Counted from the stretch's first letter, positions 37,871-51,400 are shown. The stretch: 64,000 nt of DNA from Octopus vulgaris (GCA_951406725.2 OX597819.1:108500001-108564000); one strand, 5' to 3'. A program made the numbers and translations. The notes: generated from the letters alone by a model not told the origin.

Positions 37871-40106
37871 TATATGTGTGTGTGTGTGTATATATATGAT
37901 GGATTCTCCCATTGTTTCAATGTGTCCAGTGTCCATTATGATCAACTCATTGAATTACCACATGAAGTGGGTTAGGGTTCCAGGATTGGAATATTGATAC
38001 ATCCTAGCTTAATGTGACAAAGCTGAACTTTTCAATTACAGTTAGTCTATCTAGCAGGCTTCTCAGTTTCTTTCTACCTAAATTCACTAACAAGGTTTTG
38101 GTTTAGCACCTATGATAAAGGTACTAATTCAACATGCCATGCATTAGGATCAAACCCAGGACCTCATGGTTGCAAAGTGAACATCTTAACTCAACCAAGC
38201 CTGTATTTAATGTGTGTGTGAGAGAGATAGAGAGAGAGAACAAATAAAAGGTGAGTGAGTTTTATCTATATATGTTTGTAAAAAAAGATAATGGAGTATT
38301 GCTCTTGCTTCTCTGCATGTACAAACACTCTTCGCTTTATCACAAAAAGGGCCACCTTTGGCTCACCAACGACCTCCAATCTCTAGCCCCCAAAACTATT
38401 ATATAGGTCCCTGTTTTTCAGTTCTGAACAGTCCTGTAACAAACTTCACCCAGGCCCACCTGACGTACATGTCTCTCATCATCGCCAAAAATCAGTCTAC
38501 CACTCCCTCTCATCAGGCACCACACTGTCACACTTCTCAATCCTTCCTCTTGACAAAAGTACTTTTTAAGAGGAGGGTCTGTGGTAGGATTCTGGGTTTT
38601 ACACAACTGTAGCTATTAGACCTAGAGAGGAATGTTCTATTTAAGATTTCAAACATACTGTTCTTGTTTTAAAAAAGGGAAATTTTAAAAGAAAACAAGA
38701 TCTTATTGTTAACTTTTGCACAAGTATTGTCAGCGAATTAGTCACAGATCAGCACTGATACAGCAGACCTCTGATCAAACCATTCAAAAATTGGACCAAA
38801 CGATATTTTCCCATCTTTTTTCAAGTCTATCGCATCTAGAACTACATTATCATATTGGTTCTTTCATTTTTTAAAACAGTAGGTCATGGTCAGGTCGAGG
38901 GACCACACATAAGTTCCCTTGTCGGGTTGTGTTACTGTAGTATGAAAGTCTCGACCACGGTCGAACAATGATGATGATGATTGTAGTAGTTTAGCCACAG
39001 GTCAACTTTGACCAGGTCTGTCTTCGTAGGCTCGTGTTTAATACAAAACAAAACAAATAGTGAAAGCTGATCAACTTTAAAAACTGTCAAACAGGATTGT
39101 CGACTTTCAGTTTAATAGGCAGTTTATAAACCAGGTGAGCCGAAAGTACTTGCGCCATAGATTGACACTCTCCTGAAATATTTTACATGTAGGAAGTGTC
39201 CACCTATCCTATTTAGAACCCTTTCACTACCTACATTTTCAAATTCATAGATGAATGTATGAAAAATCACAACTCATACCCACTTGCTTCTCCATAAAAA
39301 GGTTCTACGCTTACGTGAGCAAGAATTGAATATTTGCATTCAATAGAACGATGAAGTTACTGTTGAATTCCAGATCAGTCCTGATGAAGCAAACTTATGA
39401 TCAAAGACCGTGTCCATTTTTTCTCTGGACAGGAACACATTTAGCTGGTACTTTTAGCAAGTCGATTAACCATATAGAGGTTCCCTGTCAACTTCACTGT
39501 TATGCCAGAATGGTGAAGTTTGTGCAGACAGCAAAGGGTCTTGGTGATTGATGTTCAATGTCCGAGATCAAAGTAACTCAGTCGGAATCGATATTAAGTA
39601 CCAGTTAGAATACGAGTCGACTCGATTGCTCATACATTATCCCACTACAAAATCGTATTAATTCTCAGGCAAGGAAATCGATATTATTTACATAGTCACA
39701 TGGAGAGTGATTCAGGTTGTCCCCAAGGTTCTAAGTTCAAGTTATACCAGGGTTTCGCGCAACCTCTTTAATCCGTCCATGGTTCGATTAAGGGTTCCAG
39801 TGTTCCATTCAATAAACTATATCCACAATTTTTTTTTTAAACAACACAAACTTCTTGTTTACTCAAAGAAAGACTTTTCTTCTAAGGAAATCATTATTTA
39901 CATATGTAGACGGAAAGAGAAAGAGCCAGGGCAGTGCTACATGGAGAAAGTGAGTGTCGGTAGGAGTAGGGTTAAAAACGACATTAGAGCATAACTTCAA
40001 ATCAGCAATTCTGACAGAACACAACATATTTGGGTGTTACGAAGGTGTCAGAAATAATCTGCACTAGAATTTGATACGAAAATCGCCAGTATTCATTTTT
40101 ACTCAC

Positions 40107-40172
40107 GTTATTGCCGGTAATAAATTGGTGAGGGTGGTGATGCCTATGTAAACTGCCAACGTGTTCTACCAT
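40107..40172 (-). CDS. RNF121: RNF121 coding exon 1 (MVEHVGSLHRHHHPHQFITGNN)
   Basis: ATG in caaaATGG context at 40172, 22 open codons, then strong donor AAC|GTGAGT at 40106. Phase 0 matches the exon 2 acceptor. Lies in a CpG-retaining region just downstream of ETS-like motifs. The N-terminus is poorly conserved, so the call rests on signals and frame. Confidence 0.75.
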
Positions 40173-40320
40173 TTTGACGCACCGCAGACGACTTGGGAAG
40201 GGAGGTAACTCTTTGCAAAGTTGACCGTTCGGGAGGTTTTTAGGTGGTTTTTCTTCTGCTTTTTCCGGTAACACTCGTATACTTTCGTTGAATTCCGGTA
40301 ACACTCTTTCCGGAATAGGA
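40173..40320 (-). promoter_or_regulatory. Probable RNF121 5'UTR and proximal promoter with three ETS-like CCGGAA motifs
   Basis: Direct repeat TTCCGGTAACACTC at 40263-40276 and 40293-40306, plus palindrome TTCCGGAA at 40308-40315, 90-140 nt upstream of the ATG. CpG is visibly retained over about 38.9-41.2 kb compared with the flanks. Confidence 0.6.
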
Positions 40321-41379
40321 AATAAACAAATATATGAATGATGGATTAAATAAAATAAATGGCTAATTACGAAAGTATGGCTAAGCTGGTTGAGTGGTGT
40401 AAAAGAGAAACAAATATAAATAGAGGGAGTAAGAGAGAGAGATAAACATACACAAAATATAGATGAAAAGACCTCCCCACCTCATCCACTCCCAGAATGA
40501 TATGAAAATAAAATGTAAAGAGGATATACAAAAAAATTATATTTCTATGAAAAGGAAAATAAAGGAGATGTATGTGTGAAATATCGCGAAAATGAGCAAA
40601 GGGGAGTAGTATGAGTGATAGCCACCGTTACAAAGATTGCTGATGAGTGAGGGGGATTAGATGCGAAAGAAAGATACCAGTGAAAAGAAACATAAACAAA
40701 TAGAGAGAGAGTAGCATGGTGATACTGACAAAAACAGACGATAGGGAACTTGAGAGAATATGTTTAGGAGATGAGTGAAAGTAAGGAAAATATGTAGAAT
40801 CTTTTAGAGAGTGAGTGAAGAGAAACGAAATTTACTCATGTATTGAGAGGGTGAGAAAGGAAGTATTAATAGAAAGCGAGAGATGGCCGAGGATTTTAGT
40901 AAACATACTTTGTTACCAGGACGTTTAAAGTCGTTGTTCCTAGGACATCTTTGCTCCTTCAGTTTGGAGGATTAAACAAACAACGTAAGAACAGTGAGAC
41001 GTTGATTGACTAAGGTAAATATTGACAGATTTTTTTCATTCAAATTTATTTTTCCAAAGTCAGAACGAAAAGAAAAAAAAATACAGCATCACAAGAAAGG
41101 CGGTTTCAGTTCGTTAAAGTCATAAAAAAAAAAGATGAAGGATGGAAGCTAAATAAAAGAGCTTCTCCCTGGCCTGGAAGAGGTTTGGCAACCTTTCGTT
41201 TGTTTATGACTTGCATTTATCTTTCGTTGGGCAAGAAAGAAACTGCTACATATTGTCGAGGCTCATTCATTGAAAAAAAATCTTTCTCTTCATTTTTGCT
41301 GTACATGATGGGGGAAATGTTTAGAGTTGTTGAGGGTCTTTCTGCTTCTTTTGTATATGTTGTGAAATCTGTCATGTTG

Positions 41380-41880
41380 TGTGTGTTGTATTGCATTCTG
41401 TTATGTAGCAATGTAATCTATAAGCATTGTGTGGTGTGTTACCTTGTAAGTCTGTAGTGTTAGGTTGTAGAATAGTGATTCTCTTTGGTTGTATTATGGT
41501 ATAGTGCGTGATGTTGCGAAGTAGTATATCTGTGGTATGTTATGGCGTAGAGTGATGTGAAGAAGTGTGTGAGCTATTGTATATTGTGTTATGAAATGGT
41601 GTGTGATATATTGTGTGTTGTGTTGTGAGGTAGTGTGATTTATTTTGTTAAGTAATGTGTGATCTATTGTGTATGGTTCTCTGAAGAAGTGTGATTTCTG
41701 ATGGGTTGAGTTTGTACATATGCAAGTTCCTTTGCTGTGTGTTTTGTGTCTAGCAATATTATGGCATATTTTGTTTTGAATGAATTGAATGATTTATTGT
41801 GTTCCGTTTTTGTTTTATATAAATTATATATAATATAGAACAAATATATTGTTTTCTATTTTGTATGTGTTAGTGTATGA
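41380..41880. repeat. Degenerate TG-rich pentamer (TGTGT/TGTAT) low-complexity tract
   Basis: Seen directly. Confidence 0.7.
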
Positions 41881-41889
41881 TATTTTCTG

Positions 41890-42100
41890 TTGTTTAACTC
41901 CAGGTCAGCCTTGATCAAGCAGGCCTATAGTGAAAGATGTTCCAGTTCTGCCCATCTAGTCTTTTTGTTTATCCAGAAATCTAGGAATAGATTATCCAAC
42001 GTGCCCTTCCATTTTAGTTCACTAGCGTGTTGATTAAAGGAGATTTAGCAACTATTTCTAGAATTTTTATTTATCGCGCAGAGGATTCTTCATTGGCTCG
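41890..42100 (+). mobile_element. Old dispersed repeat family D (representative copy)
   Basis: A TTAAC.CCAGGTCAGCC.TGATCAAGCAG.CCTAT.ATCAAAG...ATTATCCAA...GCTATTTCTAG pattern recurs, diverged, at about 6600, 14800, 15520, 15870, 22190, 23925, 31810, 33450, 34860, 35260, 36020, 38740, 39350, 52790, 54330 and 54800. Class not determined. Confidence 0.65.
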
Positions 42101-42473
42101 TGATATATTTTGCAGTGTGGTCTCTGTGGATATGTGGATGTGGTTATTATTGTTTTGTATATAGTGTTTTGGATACGTTGTGTGAAGTGGTATAATGTCT
42201 GATGTGCTTCTTTACTTAGCATTTCTGTTATGTATTATATATAAATACATATACGGACTTACACCCATATGTATTTTAGTGACGCTGTGAATTGAAGCCC
42301 CCAAGCTTTGTTATAATGTAATTATAGCTGTGTATTGTGTGTTTCATTGAGTCTATTCTTGTTTCATATATATATATATATATATATAGTGTGTGTGGGA
42401 AATGTTTTATGCAGCATGGTGCTTCTTTCATAATTGTGTTTCGCTCCTTATTGTGCTCTCTCGCTGTCCATTT

Positions 42474-42509
<36 letters not shown>

Positions 42510-43254
42510 CATTTATTATTGGCTTCATGCTGTGGTTGAGGTAACCCCGACAATAATAATAATATACCAACTCCATTTAACCAATTTGAGTGTTTGTTTT
42601 GTTTTTCGCTTTGTGGATTTTTAGACAATTACACACACACACACACACACACACAGTGTATGTATGCAGGTGTAATACATATTGTGGAATACTCCATTTG
42701 ATGTCATATGCCATACTGCTCTTTGTTTTCATCCATACCCTTTTCTTCGTTGTATGTTAATATCTTTCGTATTCATTCAACTGGATCTTTCTGAAGACTA
42801 TATTGGTGCGTGTGTGTACTTAAATATAATATATGCTGCCTATAAAATTGTACTTTCTTTGTAATATGCAATGTATACTAGCAGTTTTTTTCTCCATCTT
42901 TTGTCTGCGTCTTTGGTGTATTTGTGGTTATTTTAATTTCTCAATACATTGAGAATCGGCACCCTTTTCGTTACACATACACACTACTTTATTTATTGGA
43001 TACTTTTTTCCCTCATTTGTAAACAAATGTTCACCAATGCACACGGATATACATGCCCTCACACTCGTACCTGAATTTAACAGAGTACATCTTAATTCAC
43101 ATTGATTGGAGTACAACTCAAAAAGCAATGAATGCATACTAATACTTCAGAGCTGCGACAAAAGTTTTTATTGAAATAATAACACTAAAAAAAATTCTTC
43201 ATACCGTTTTAAATAATCACACACACACATATAATAACATAAATATATATATAT

Positions 43255-43795
43255 GTCATCATCATCATCATCATTTTAACGTCTACTTTCCCGAATGGAG
43301 TTGAGGCAGATTTCAACGCCCGGATGCCCTTCCTGTCGCCAACCCTCACTTGTTTAGATGCGTGACAAATATTTCTTCATTGACATGTTTAGGCAGAATA
43401 TTGGAAAGAAATGACACTGCTTGTATGACAGTGACAAGCATTTTACAACTATCAATGTCAGGACAAGGAGGCGCGCGCACACACATACATACACACACAC
43501 AGCATGCTTCAGTCAATTTCCATCTACCAAATCCACTCAGAAGACACTTGCTCAAGTGCCATGCTGTGTGACTGAGCCCAGAACCATATGGTTGGAAAGC
43601 AAACTTCTGACAGCCATGGTGTGATGATGATGATGAATACATACAAGCATATAGTCTTTAGCAAGTCAATAAAGATCCACCTGATTCAAAATGAAAGATA
43701 TCACACTGGAAGACATTTGCCTGGAGTAGCATGCAGTGGAACTGAACCCCAAACCACATGGTTGGGAAGCGGACTTCTTCACCACACAGCTATTC
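43255..43795 (-). mobile_element. Composite: RTE-tail-like segment joined to SINE family C-like heads
   Basis: CCGGATGCCCTTCCTGTCGCCAACC tail (43320-43345), followed by family C head sequence at about 43500-43620 and 43700-43795. A similar layout occurs at 45360-45756. Confidence 0.6.
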
Positions 43796-44285
43796 CTTTG
43801 TATATTCATGTGTCAGTGTGTACACACATTCAAAAAGCTTGTGCACAAGCACACTCATAAATATAAGTGTGTCTATATATGTGTATGTATATAAATGTAT
43901 ATGTGTATGTATATAAATGTGTGTGTTTGTATGAGCATGGAAAAGTGGATGTAAAAAGAAATGATGATGATAGTATATATAACGATCTTCTGTACAGTTT
44001 TTGTGTGACAAATTTCACTGACAAGGTCTGTCTGAAATCCACCCTTTCCATACGAGGTTTTTCACAACATAGGTAATGTTATATACTCAACACTGGCTAA
44101 TATTTAACATTGCACCATATCCTAACTCTCACATATAGTAGGTACCAGATGACTTGAGAAAGTTACTATATCCAAGGGAGATTTATCTTTCATCTGTTTT
44201 AATCCCATGAAGCTAGAACCAACTCTCTGAAGTTAGTTACTGCCAAAAGTGTATGTCTGTGCGAGTGTTAGTGTGTGTGTGTGTG

Positions 44286-44323
<38 letters not shown>

Positions 44324-44584
44324 ATGTGTTTGTGTGTGTGTGTGTATATATATATTTAGAGAGAGAGATACACACACACATATATGTATATTTAAAACAA
44401 GGAGGGATTAGATAATCCAAGCATTCACTTAAGAAGCACTCACACGAACTGCAGCTATCTGAAATTATCTGAAGGAAAATGTCTCCCATGGAAACTTTAA
44501 GTGTCAAACAAACAGAAAATTCCATATGGCTTACTCCTCTCTCAGAGTCTAAATATACTCCACTATTCACTCATGTGTTATTAT

Positions 44585-44800
44585 GGTGGCGAGCTGGCAG
44601 AATCATTAGCACTCTGGGCAAAAATGCTTAGAGGCATTTCACCTATCTTTATGTTCTGAGTTCAGATTCCACTGAGATCAACTTTGCCTTTCATCCCTTT
44701 CAGGATTGATAAAATAAGTACCAGTAAAGCACTGGGGGGATGATGCAATCAACTTACTCCAGTCCTCCAAAATTCCTGGCCTTGTAGCAAAATTTGAAAT
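44585..44800 (+). mobile_element. SINE family A copy
   Basis: GGTGGCGAGCTGGCAGAATCATTAGC head, B-box, and GCCTTTCATCCCTTTCAGG...AAGTACCAG central block. Confidence 0.85.
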
Positions 44801-46235
44801 CATTTTATATATATATATATGTATATATATATTATCATTTAACTTTCTTTTTTCTATACTGGTATGGGTTGGATGGTTCTACATGAACTGATGAGCCAGA
44901 GGGCTGTGCCAAGCTCTGATGTCTGCTCTGGCATGGTTTCTATAGCTGGATGCCCCTCCTTACACCAGAGCGTACTGGGTGCTTTTACCCTGACACTATC
45001 ACTGGTGAGGTCACCCACCATGTACTCATAGTTAAATAAAGTCATATTACACCAGTTCATCTGGTCATGAGTTTACATTCACTGCAGGTATTTTGTTGTT
45101 GTTGTTGGGGCAAATGCTTACTGTTGCAGTTCGTCTAGCTGTCAGAAGTATCACATCATCTGAGAATGTTCCCTGCCATTGGCTAGTGACTTGTCCTTTG
45201 GAGGAATACAACTCTCACTTTTCTTAATGCTATATAGCCTGATGGAAGATACAAGTGATTCTTTCCTACATTTATCATGCCATCTCATTCATTTATGAAG
45301 ACTATAACTTCTATGAGTAAACTTGGTAGATGGAAACTAAAAGAAGCTTATTATATCATCATCATTATCATTGTTTTAATGTCCACATTTCCATACCTGC
45401 ATGGATCAGGAGTTTACTGAAACAAATTTTCTGTGCCCTGGTGTCTTTCCTGTCATCAACTGTCACCTGTTCTCAAGTAAGGTGATATTTTCCTATGGCC
45501 AGATATGTTCTTACAGGATATTGGAAATTATTGATGCTGCTTGTATGATAGTGACAATTGCTTTACAACTGTCATGACAAGGGAGACATACATATAAGCA
45601 ACAGGTTTTTTCAATTTCTGTCTATTAGATCCACTCACTAGGCTTTTGTCAGCTCAAGGCTGTAGTAGAAGACACTAGCCCAAAGTGCCACGCAGTGGGA
45701 CTGAATCTGGAACCATGTGTTTGGGAGGCAAATTTCTTATCACACAGTCATGCCTGTGTGTGTGTATATGTCTGTGTATGTGTGTGTATGTGCACACGTG
45801 CAGTTCCTTGTCTTAACATAAAGCAATTGTTTTAAATGAGTGTTACTATCTTATAAGTAGTGCCATTCATTTCCAGTCTTCTATGAAAACATGTTCAGCC
45901 TTGGGGAAATATTTATTACTTTACTTTGAAACTGGTTGATTGGCAACAGGAAGGAAGGTCACCTGGCCATAGAATATCTGCCTCAAGAAATTCTGTCCTA
46001 TCCATGCAAGCGTGGAAAACTGGACATTAAAACAATAATAAGCATTACCTCTTCTTTCTTGACTCATTTCTAAAATTAAACAAAACGACAAATGATTTGC
46101 ATTACACCCTTCACAATAACCCAGTGTGTAACTCCATGTACCCACATATTTATACTCCACCACTACAAATAGAGCTGAAGCTTTTATGTAGTGATTCAAC
46201 TGGCTAGAAATAGCTGTCAAATATCCTTTAATTTA

Positions 46236-46600
46236 TCATCATCATCGTTTAATGTCCGTTTTCCGCGCTAGCATGGGTTGGACCGGGTCTGGGAAGCCAG
46301 GGGCTGCTCCAGTCTGATCTGGCAGTTTCTACTGCTGGATGCCTTTCCTAACGCCAACCACTCTGCGAGTGTAGTGGGTGCTTTTTATGTGCCACCTGCA
46401 CAGGTGCCAGGGGGGTCCGGCATCGGACACGATCGGTTGGTGCTTTTAATGTGCCACCGGCACGGAAGCCAACCAAGGCAGTGCTGGCATCGGCCACGTT
46501 CGGATGGTACTTTTTATGTGCCACTGGCACAGAAGCCAGTCAAAGCGGCGCTGGCAACGGCCACGTTCGGATGGTGCTTTTTATGTGCCACCGGCACGGA
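46236..46600 (-). mobile_element. RTE-LINE 3' end (family B) with four ~60-bp UTR repeat units
   Basis: The GGTGCTTTTTATGTGCCAC unit appears at about 46377, 46439, 46506 and 46573. Confidence 0.88.
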
Positions 46601-47497
46601 TGTTATCAAATTTTTTTTAAAAAACACACAAAAAGGACACAATGAACAATTGTACTCCTAGATATACTACATCAGAATATGAATGGAAAGATAACTGCAG
46701 CAATACCTCCAATAATAAGTTTTCTCCATAAGGGCTGACCTGGAGTTAAACAACATGATTGCTTGTCCTCAAGGATTAGATATTAGTATGGGTGTGAAGT
46801 GTTTATTTACCCACACCTATATACATTGTCAGGTGGCATTTTTTTAATTCGTCTTATCTTTGTTTTAAGCATCTGTGATTACCAGTAGTGACAACAACTT
46901 TGATGATGATGATTACAATAAATAAACCATGTTGTTAGTTACTTTAGAATTAGGCGTAAAGCCAGCTTTGATGGTGTCCAGGCAATAATAATGCTTCTAG
47001 TCATTGAGCTATGTGCTTCACTACACACAAAACAAACACACACACAACATAACCCTGAAGGGAAGAAAGGTGAAGTTCACCATGGCAGTATTTGAACTCA
47101 CTGACATGAGACATCAAAGTGATTAGGTTTGATATGGAATACAGTCTACTTACTGCAGTAGTAGTTGTGATGGTGGTAGCGGTATTGGTAGTGGTGATGA
47201 TTATGAAAATGGTATTGATGATGTTAGTGGTTGTAGTAGTATTAAGTGTTGGTGGTAATAGTATAAGTTATGGTGGTGTTGTAAGGAATGGTGTTAATAC
47301 ATGTTTTTGTTTTTAATAAGATATGGAAAAGAATCTGAATACTGTAAGGCATTTAGTCTGGTGCTGTACCATTTCTGCCACTAGTTAGAGGAATTTATTG
47401 GAATAAGAAGATGAAGAAAAAGAAGAAGAATCACAAATTTTGGCAAAAGGCCACAATTTTTTTAGGGGAAGGTGATGATGTTAATAATGATGATGAA

Positions 47498-47990
47498 GTA
47501 CCAGGCAGTGGTTCTTCTAATCTTAACTGATTGGAAGCATTAACATGTACATATTTGCCTTGGTGAAAAAATGGGCTACAGTAAATATTTTGCTCAGTAC
47601 CACAGATTTGCTTGTCAGTTGCTTGACCATAACCAGTTGGGCATGTCCCTTAGTGGTTGATAATATGTGCATTTCTGATCACAAGCAGAGGTAGTGGGGG
47701 AGCATCATAGCCATGTGTTGAGAAGAATTCTTTGGGGTTTGGATAATTCACCTTTGGAAACATGGATGTTTCCTTCATCATCCTTAAACCACCCTTATCC
47801 AGGGACCTTTTGAGTGGGATGGGCTACTCAACCTAAAGAAAATTCTGACTGGGCCCTGCCTGCAAGGTCATGCACTGTTTATCTTGATATGAGGTCATCA
47901 TGTCATGCACATGTGGTTGTGATGCATATGCCTGATGTACCCTTATAAGGTAGGTAGTCATGATAGGCAAATTGGACATATTGTCACTTT
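47498..47990. mobile_element. Dispersed repeat of unknown class
   Basis: CACAGATTTGCTTGTCAGTTG...CATAACCAGTTG is shared in reverse with about 15095-15200. Confidence 0.45.
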
Positions 47991-48015
47991 GATGGCATGC
48001 ACTGCTTTCCCACTT

Positions 48016-48019
<4 letters not shown>

Positions 48020-48052
<33 letters not shown>

Positions 48053-48490
48053 GTTCCAAATTTTTCCAAATGGGTAGCCATTTTGTGGGAGGGGACGTGT
48101 CAATTACATCGACCCTAGTGTTCAACCTGGTACATCGATCCCGAAAGGATGAAAGGCAAAATCGACCTCAGTGGAATTTGAACTCAGTATGTAGTGGTAG
48201 ACAAAATATTGCTAAGCATTTCGCCTGGCATGCTAACAATTCTGCCAGCTTGCTGCCTTAATAATAATAATCCTTTCTACTATAGGCACAAGGCATGAAA
48301 TTTTGTGGGAGGGTGGTAGTTCATTACATTGACCCCAGTACTCAACTGGTACTTATTTTATAGACCCCAAAAGAATGAAAGGTAAAGTTAACCTTGGTAG
48401 CATTTGAACTCAAAACGTAAGACAGACAAAATGCTTAGCAGCATTTTGTCCAACATGCTAATGATTCTGCTGGCTGCCAGCTTAATAATA

Positions 48491-48532
<42 letters not shown>

Positions 48533-48930
48533 GTTTCAAATTTTGGCACAAGGTCAGCACTTTTGGCAGAGTGGGTAAGTTGATTATATTGATCCCAGTG
48601 CTCAACTGGTACTTATTTTATCAACCCGGAGAAGATGAAAGGCAACATTTGAACTTAAAATGTGAAGTCAGAAGAAATGCTGCTAAGCATTTTGTCCAGT
48701 GCAGTAACAATTCTGCCAGCTCCACCACTTGTCACAAAGCCTGCAATTTTGGGGGTGGGATTAAGTTGATTACATCGGTCTGAGTCCTCAACTGGTACTT
48801 ATTTCATTGACCCCAAAAGGATGAAATGCAAAGTCAAGATAGGAAGAAATTGAGCTCAGAATGTTATAACAGATGAAATGTCACTCAGCATTTTGTACGA
48901 CGTGCTAATGATTCTACCAGCTCACCACTT
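48020..48930 (-). mobile_element. Tandem array of four SINE family A copies
   Basis: Four head-to-tail units, mostly separated by (TAA)n. Confidence 0.88.
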
Positions 48931-48934
48931 TCAT

Positions 48935-49192
48935 TATCATCATCACCATTATTTAATGTCCACCTTCCATGCTAGAATGAGTTGGATGGTTTGACTGAGG
49001 ACAGGCAAGCCAGGCTCCAATCTGATCTGGCAAGGTTCCTACAGCTTGATGCCCTTCCTAATGCCAGCCACTCCAAGAGTGTAGTGGGTGCTTTTAACGT
49101 GCCACAGATGGGAGCTGGTCAGGAGGCACTGGCATCAACCATGTTCGGATGGTGCTTTTTACATGCCACTGGCATGGGAGCCAGTCAGGGGG
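48935..49192 (-). mobile_element. RTE-LINE 3' tail (family B)
   Basis: GATGCCCTTCCTAATGCCAGCCACTCC...GGTGCTTTTAACGTGCCAC. Confidence 0.8.
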
Positions 49193-49626
49193 CAATTGTT
49201 TCAAATTTAGGCACTAGACCAGTAGTTTTGAGTGTTGAGACAGATCAGTTTCATCAATCCCAGTACTTTACTGAGCACTTTATCTTATTGCCCTTGAAGC
49301 AATGAATGGCAAAGTTAACTTCAGCAGGGTTTGAACTTAAAACTTAAAGAGCTGAGAGAAATACTTTAAAGCATATTTCCAGTGCTCCAACAGTTCTGTC
49401 AATTTACTGCTCTCAAAAAAGTGATGATATTTGATTTCTTGATTTTTTTTTTTGACACAAGGCCAGCAGTTTTGAGGGTAGGGGTTGCTCAATAATAATA
49501 ATAATAATAATAATAGTTCTTTCAAATTTTGGTTAAAGGCCAGCAGTGTTGGTGTTGGGGTAAGCCTCAGTGTTCAACTGGTACTTATTTTATCAACCCT
49601 GAAATGTAAATTGATACTGTTTAGCC

Positions 49627-49842
49627 CACTGGTTCTCAACCAAGGTTCATATGGCCCTTGGGGGTCCATGTAAGATTTTGTTAAAATTTATCTGCAATAA
49701 ATTGGTTATAATTATTTTTATACAATTCCTAATATTATAAAAATATAACAGGATTTTTTTAACATCCAGTGGCTAGGAGGGTACATCCAAATAAAATAGT
49801 AATCAAAGGGTTCCAAAGGTAAAAAATGATTGAGAAACACTG
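49627..49842. mobile_element. hAT-superfamily MITE
   Basis: TIRs CACTGGTTCTCAACC / GATTGAGAAACACTG. Perfect 8-bp TSD GTTTAGCC (49619-49626 and 49843-49850). Confidence 0.9.
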
Positions 49843-50152
49843 GTTTAGCCTTTTACTGATTTTGGCCTCCTAGTTATAAAGGTCTTTCTTATAAAGAATT
49901 TTGATGACCTTTTTTTTTTTGTACTTCTGATGATGACAATATAGTCTTAGAGAGCTCTAGCTATGAATTAAAGCACCAGTAACAATGGCAACATGAACTG
50001 TAGTATCAGCAACAATAACATCAATAAAAGCATCATTTAACATTATCAGCATTCTAGCCAGCTCTATCATAATACTAAGTTGAGATAGTGTTGACTACAG
50101 CAGTTATTTTTATTGAGGCCTTTATTGTCTCTTTCTTTCTGCCTCTGTCTGA

Positions 50153-50213
<61 letters not shown>

Positions 50214-50272
50214 TCTATCTATCTCTCTATGTCTTTCTCTTTCTGACTGTCTGTCTTCATAACAAGCTATAA

Positions 50273-50321
<49 letters not shown>

Positions 50322-50739
50322 CACAAATGGCAAAACTGTCTTATATATCTGCTGGCGATATTCTCTCTCTGACACACACACATACATGCACACAATCACA
50401 TATGCCTGAATGTTCAATATGTATCTATCAAAGTAATAATTATCTCACTACACTGGTGAGAATGATATAAATGGAATCAAGGTGAAGAGCTGCAACATTT
50501 GTCACCAGGGTATCCATCATCTGAGTAATGAAACCCTTATTGATTTTGGTGGTGTGGGGGAAACAGTTGTGATGTTTATGACATTTCCAAAACCATTTGT
50601 AAAATAAGGTAAGGAACTGTAATGGAAATTGAACCGGGATATTCTTGATAGCTAAGTGAACTGAGGTAATGTAGAACTAAGAGTCCTATTCCAAATACAG
50701 GTAGAAATAATACCTGCATAGGTTTTGAACTAACTGAAG

Positions 50740-51400
50740 ACCATCTATCTTTTATCATTTTACTTGTTTCAGTCATTAGACTACAGCCATGCTTCAAGAA
50801 TTTTTAGTCAAATGAATCGACCCCAGTACTATTTTTAAGCCTGGTACTTATTCTATTGATCACTTCTGCTGAACCACTAAGTTACAGGGATGTAAACACA
50901 CAACATAGGTTGTCAAGCGGTGATGGGAGACAAGCACACATACACTTATATATAACGAACCTCCACCAACTATTCTGCCTTTATAATTGTGCACACCTTT
51001 CAATGCCATAAAGTCTGCAAATCTAACGGAGGCCTCAAAAGACATTTTAAGATCCACAAAGATCAGAACTTAACTGCAGCTCTTGGTGGTCCAAATTGGA
51101 TGTGCAAACTATGTAGGTGTCTTTTCAATACATTGTCTGGTTTTAAAAAGCCACATCAGATGCCATGATGGATCTAAAGTGTAGGTACAAGAGGTGGTCA
51201 GACTCTGCATAAGGAGTAGACAGCCACCATATATACACATCCACGTACTGGGTTTCTTTGAGTTTCTGTCTATCAGATCCACTCACAAGGCTCTAGTCAA
51301 CCAAAAGCTATATTATAAAAGACACTTGCCTAAGCTGTCATGCAGTGGAACTGAACCCAGAACCATGTATTTCGAAGCAAGCTTCTTACCACACAGTCAC
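50740..51400 (-). mobile_element. SINE family C copy interrupted by a LINE fragment
   Basis: The 3' part (50740-50950) and head (51245-51400) match the reverse complement of 59121-59460. Confidence 0.7.
50954..51235 (+). mobile_element. LINE ORF2 C-terminal fragment with two C2H2-like zinc fingers
   Basis: CHKVCKSNGGLKRHFKIH and WMCKLCRCLFNTLSGFK/SHIRCH (1-nt frameshift), followed by a short UTR. Confidence 0.6.

Noticed and set aside
40002-40304. 100-aa ORF as a stand-alone gene
   Set aside because: Only 40107-40172 is supported, as RNF121 exon 1. The rest is UTR/promoter and intron read-through from a non-ATG start.
46375-46600. CRISPR-like repeat-spacer pattern (also 20800-21020 and 33125-33280)
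   Set aside because: The spacers are homologous to each other, the array is part of an RTE 3'UTR, the context is eukaryotic, and there are no cas genes.
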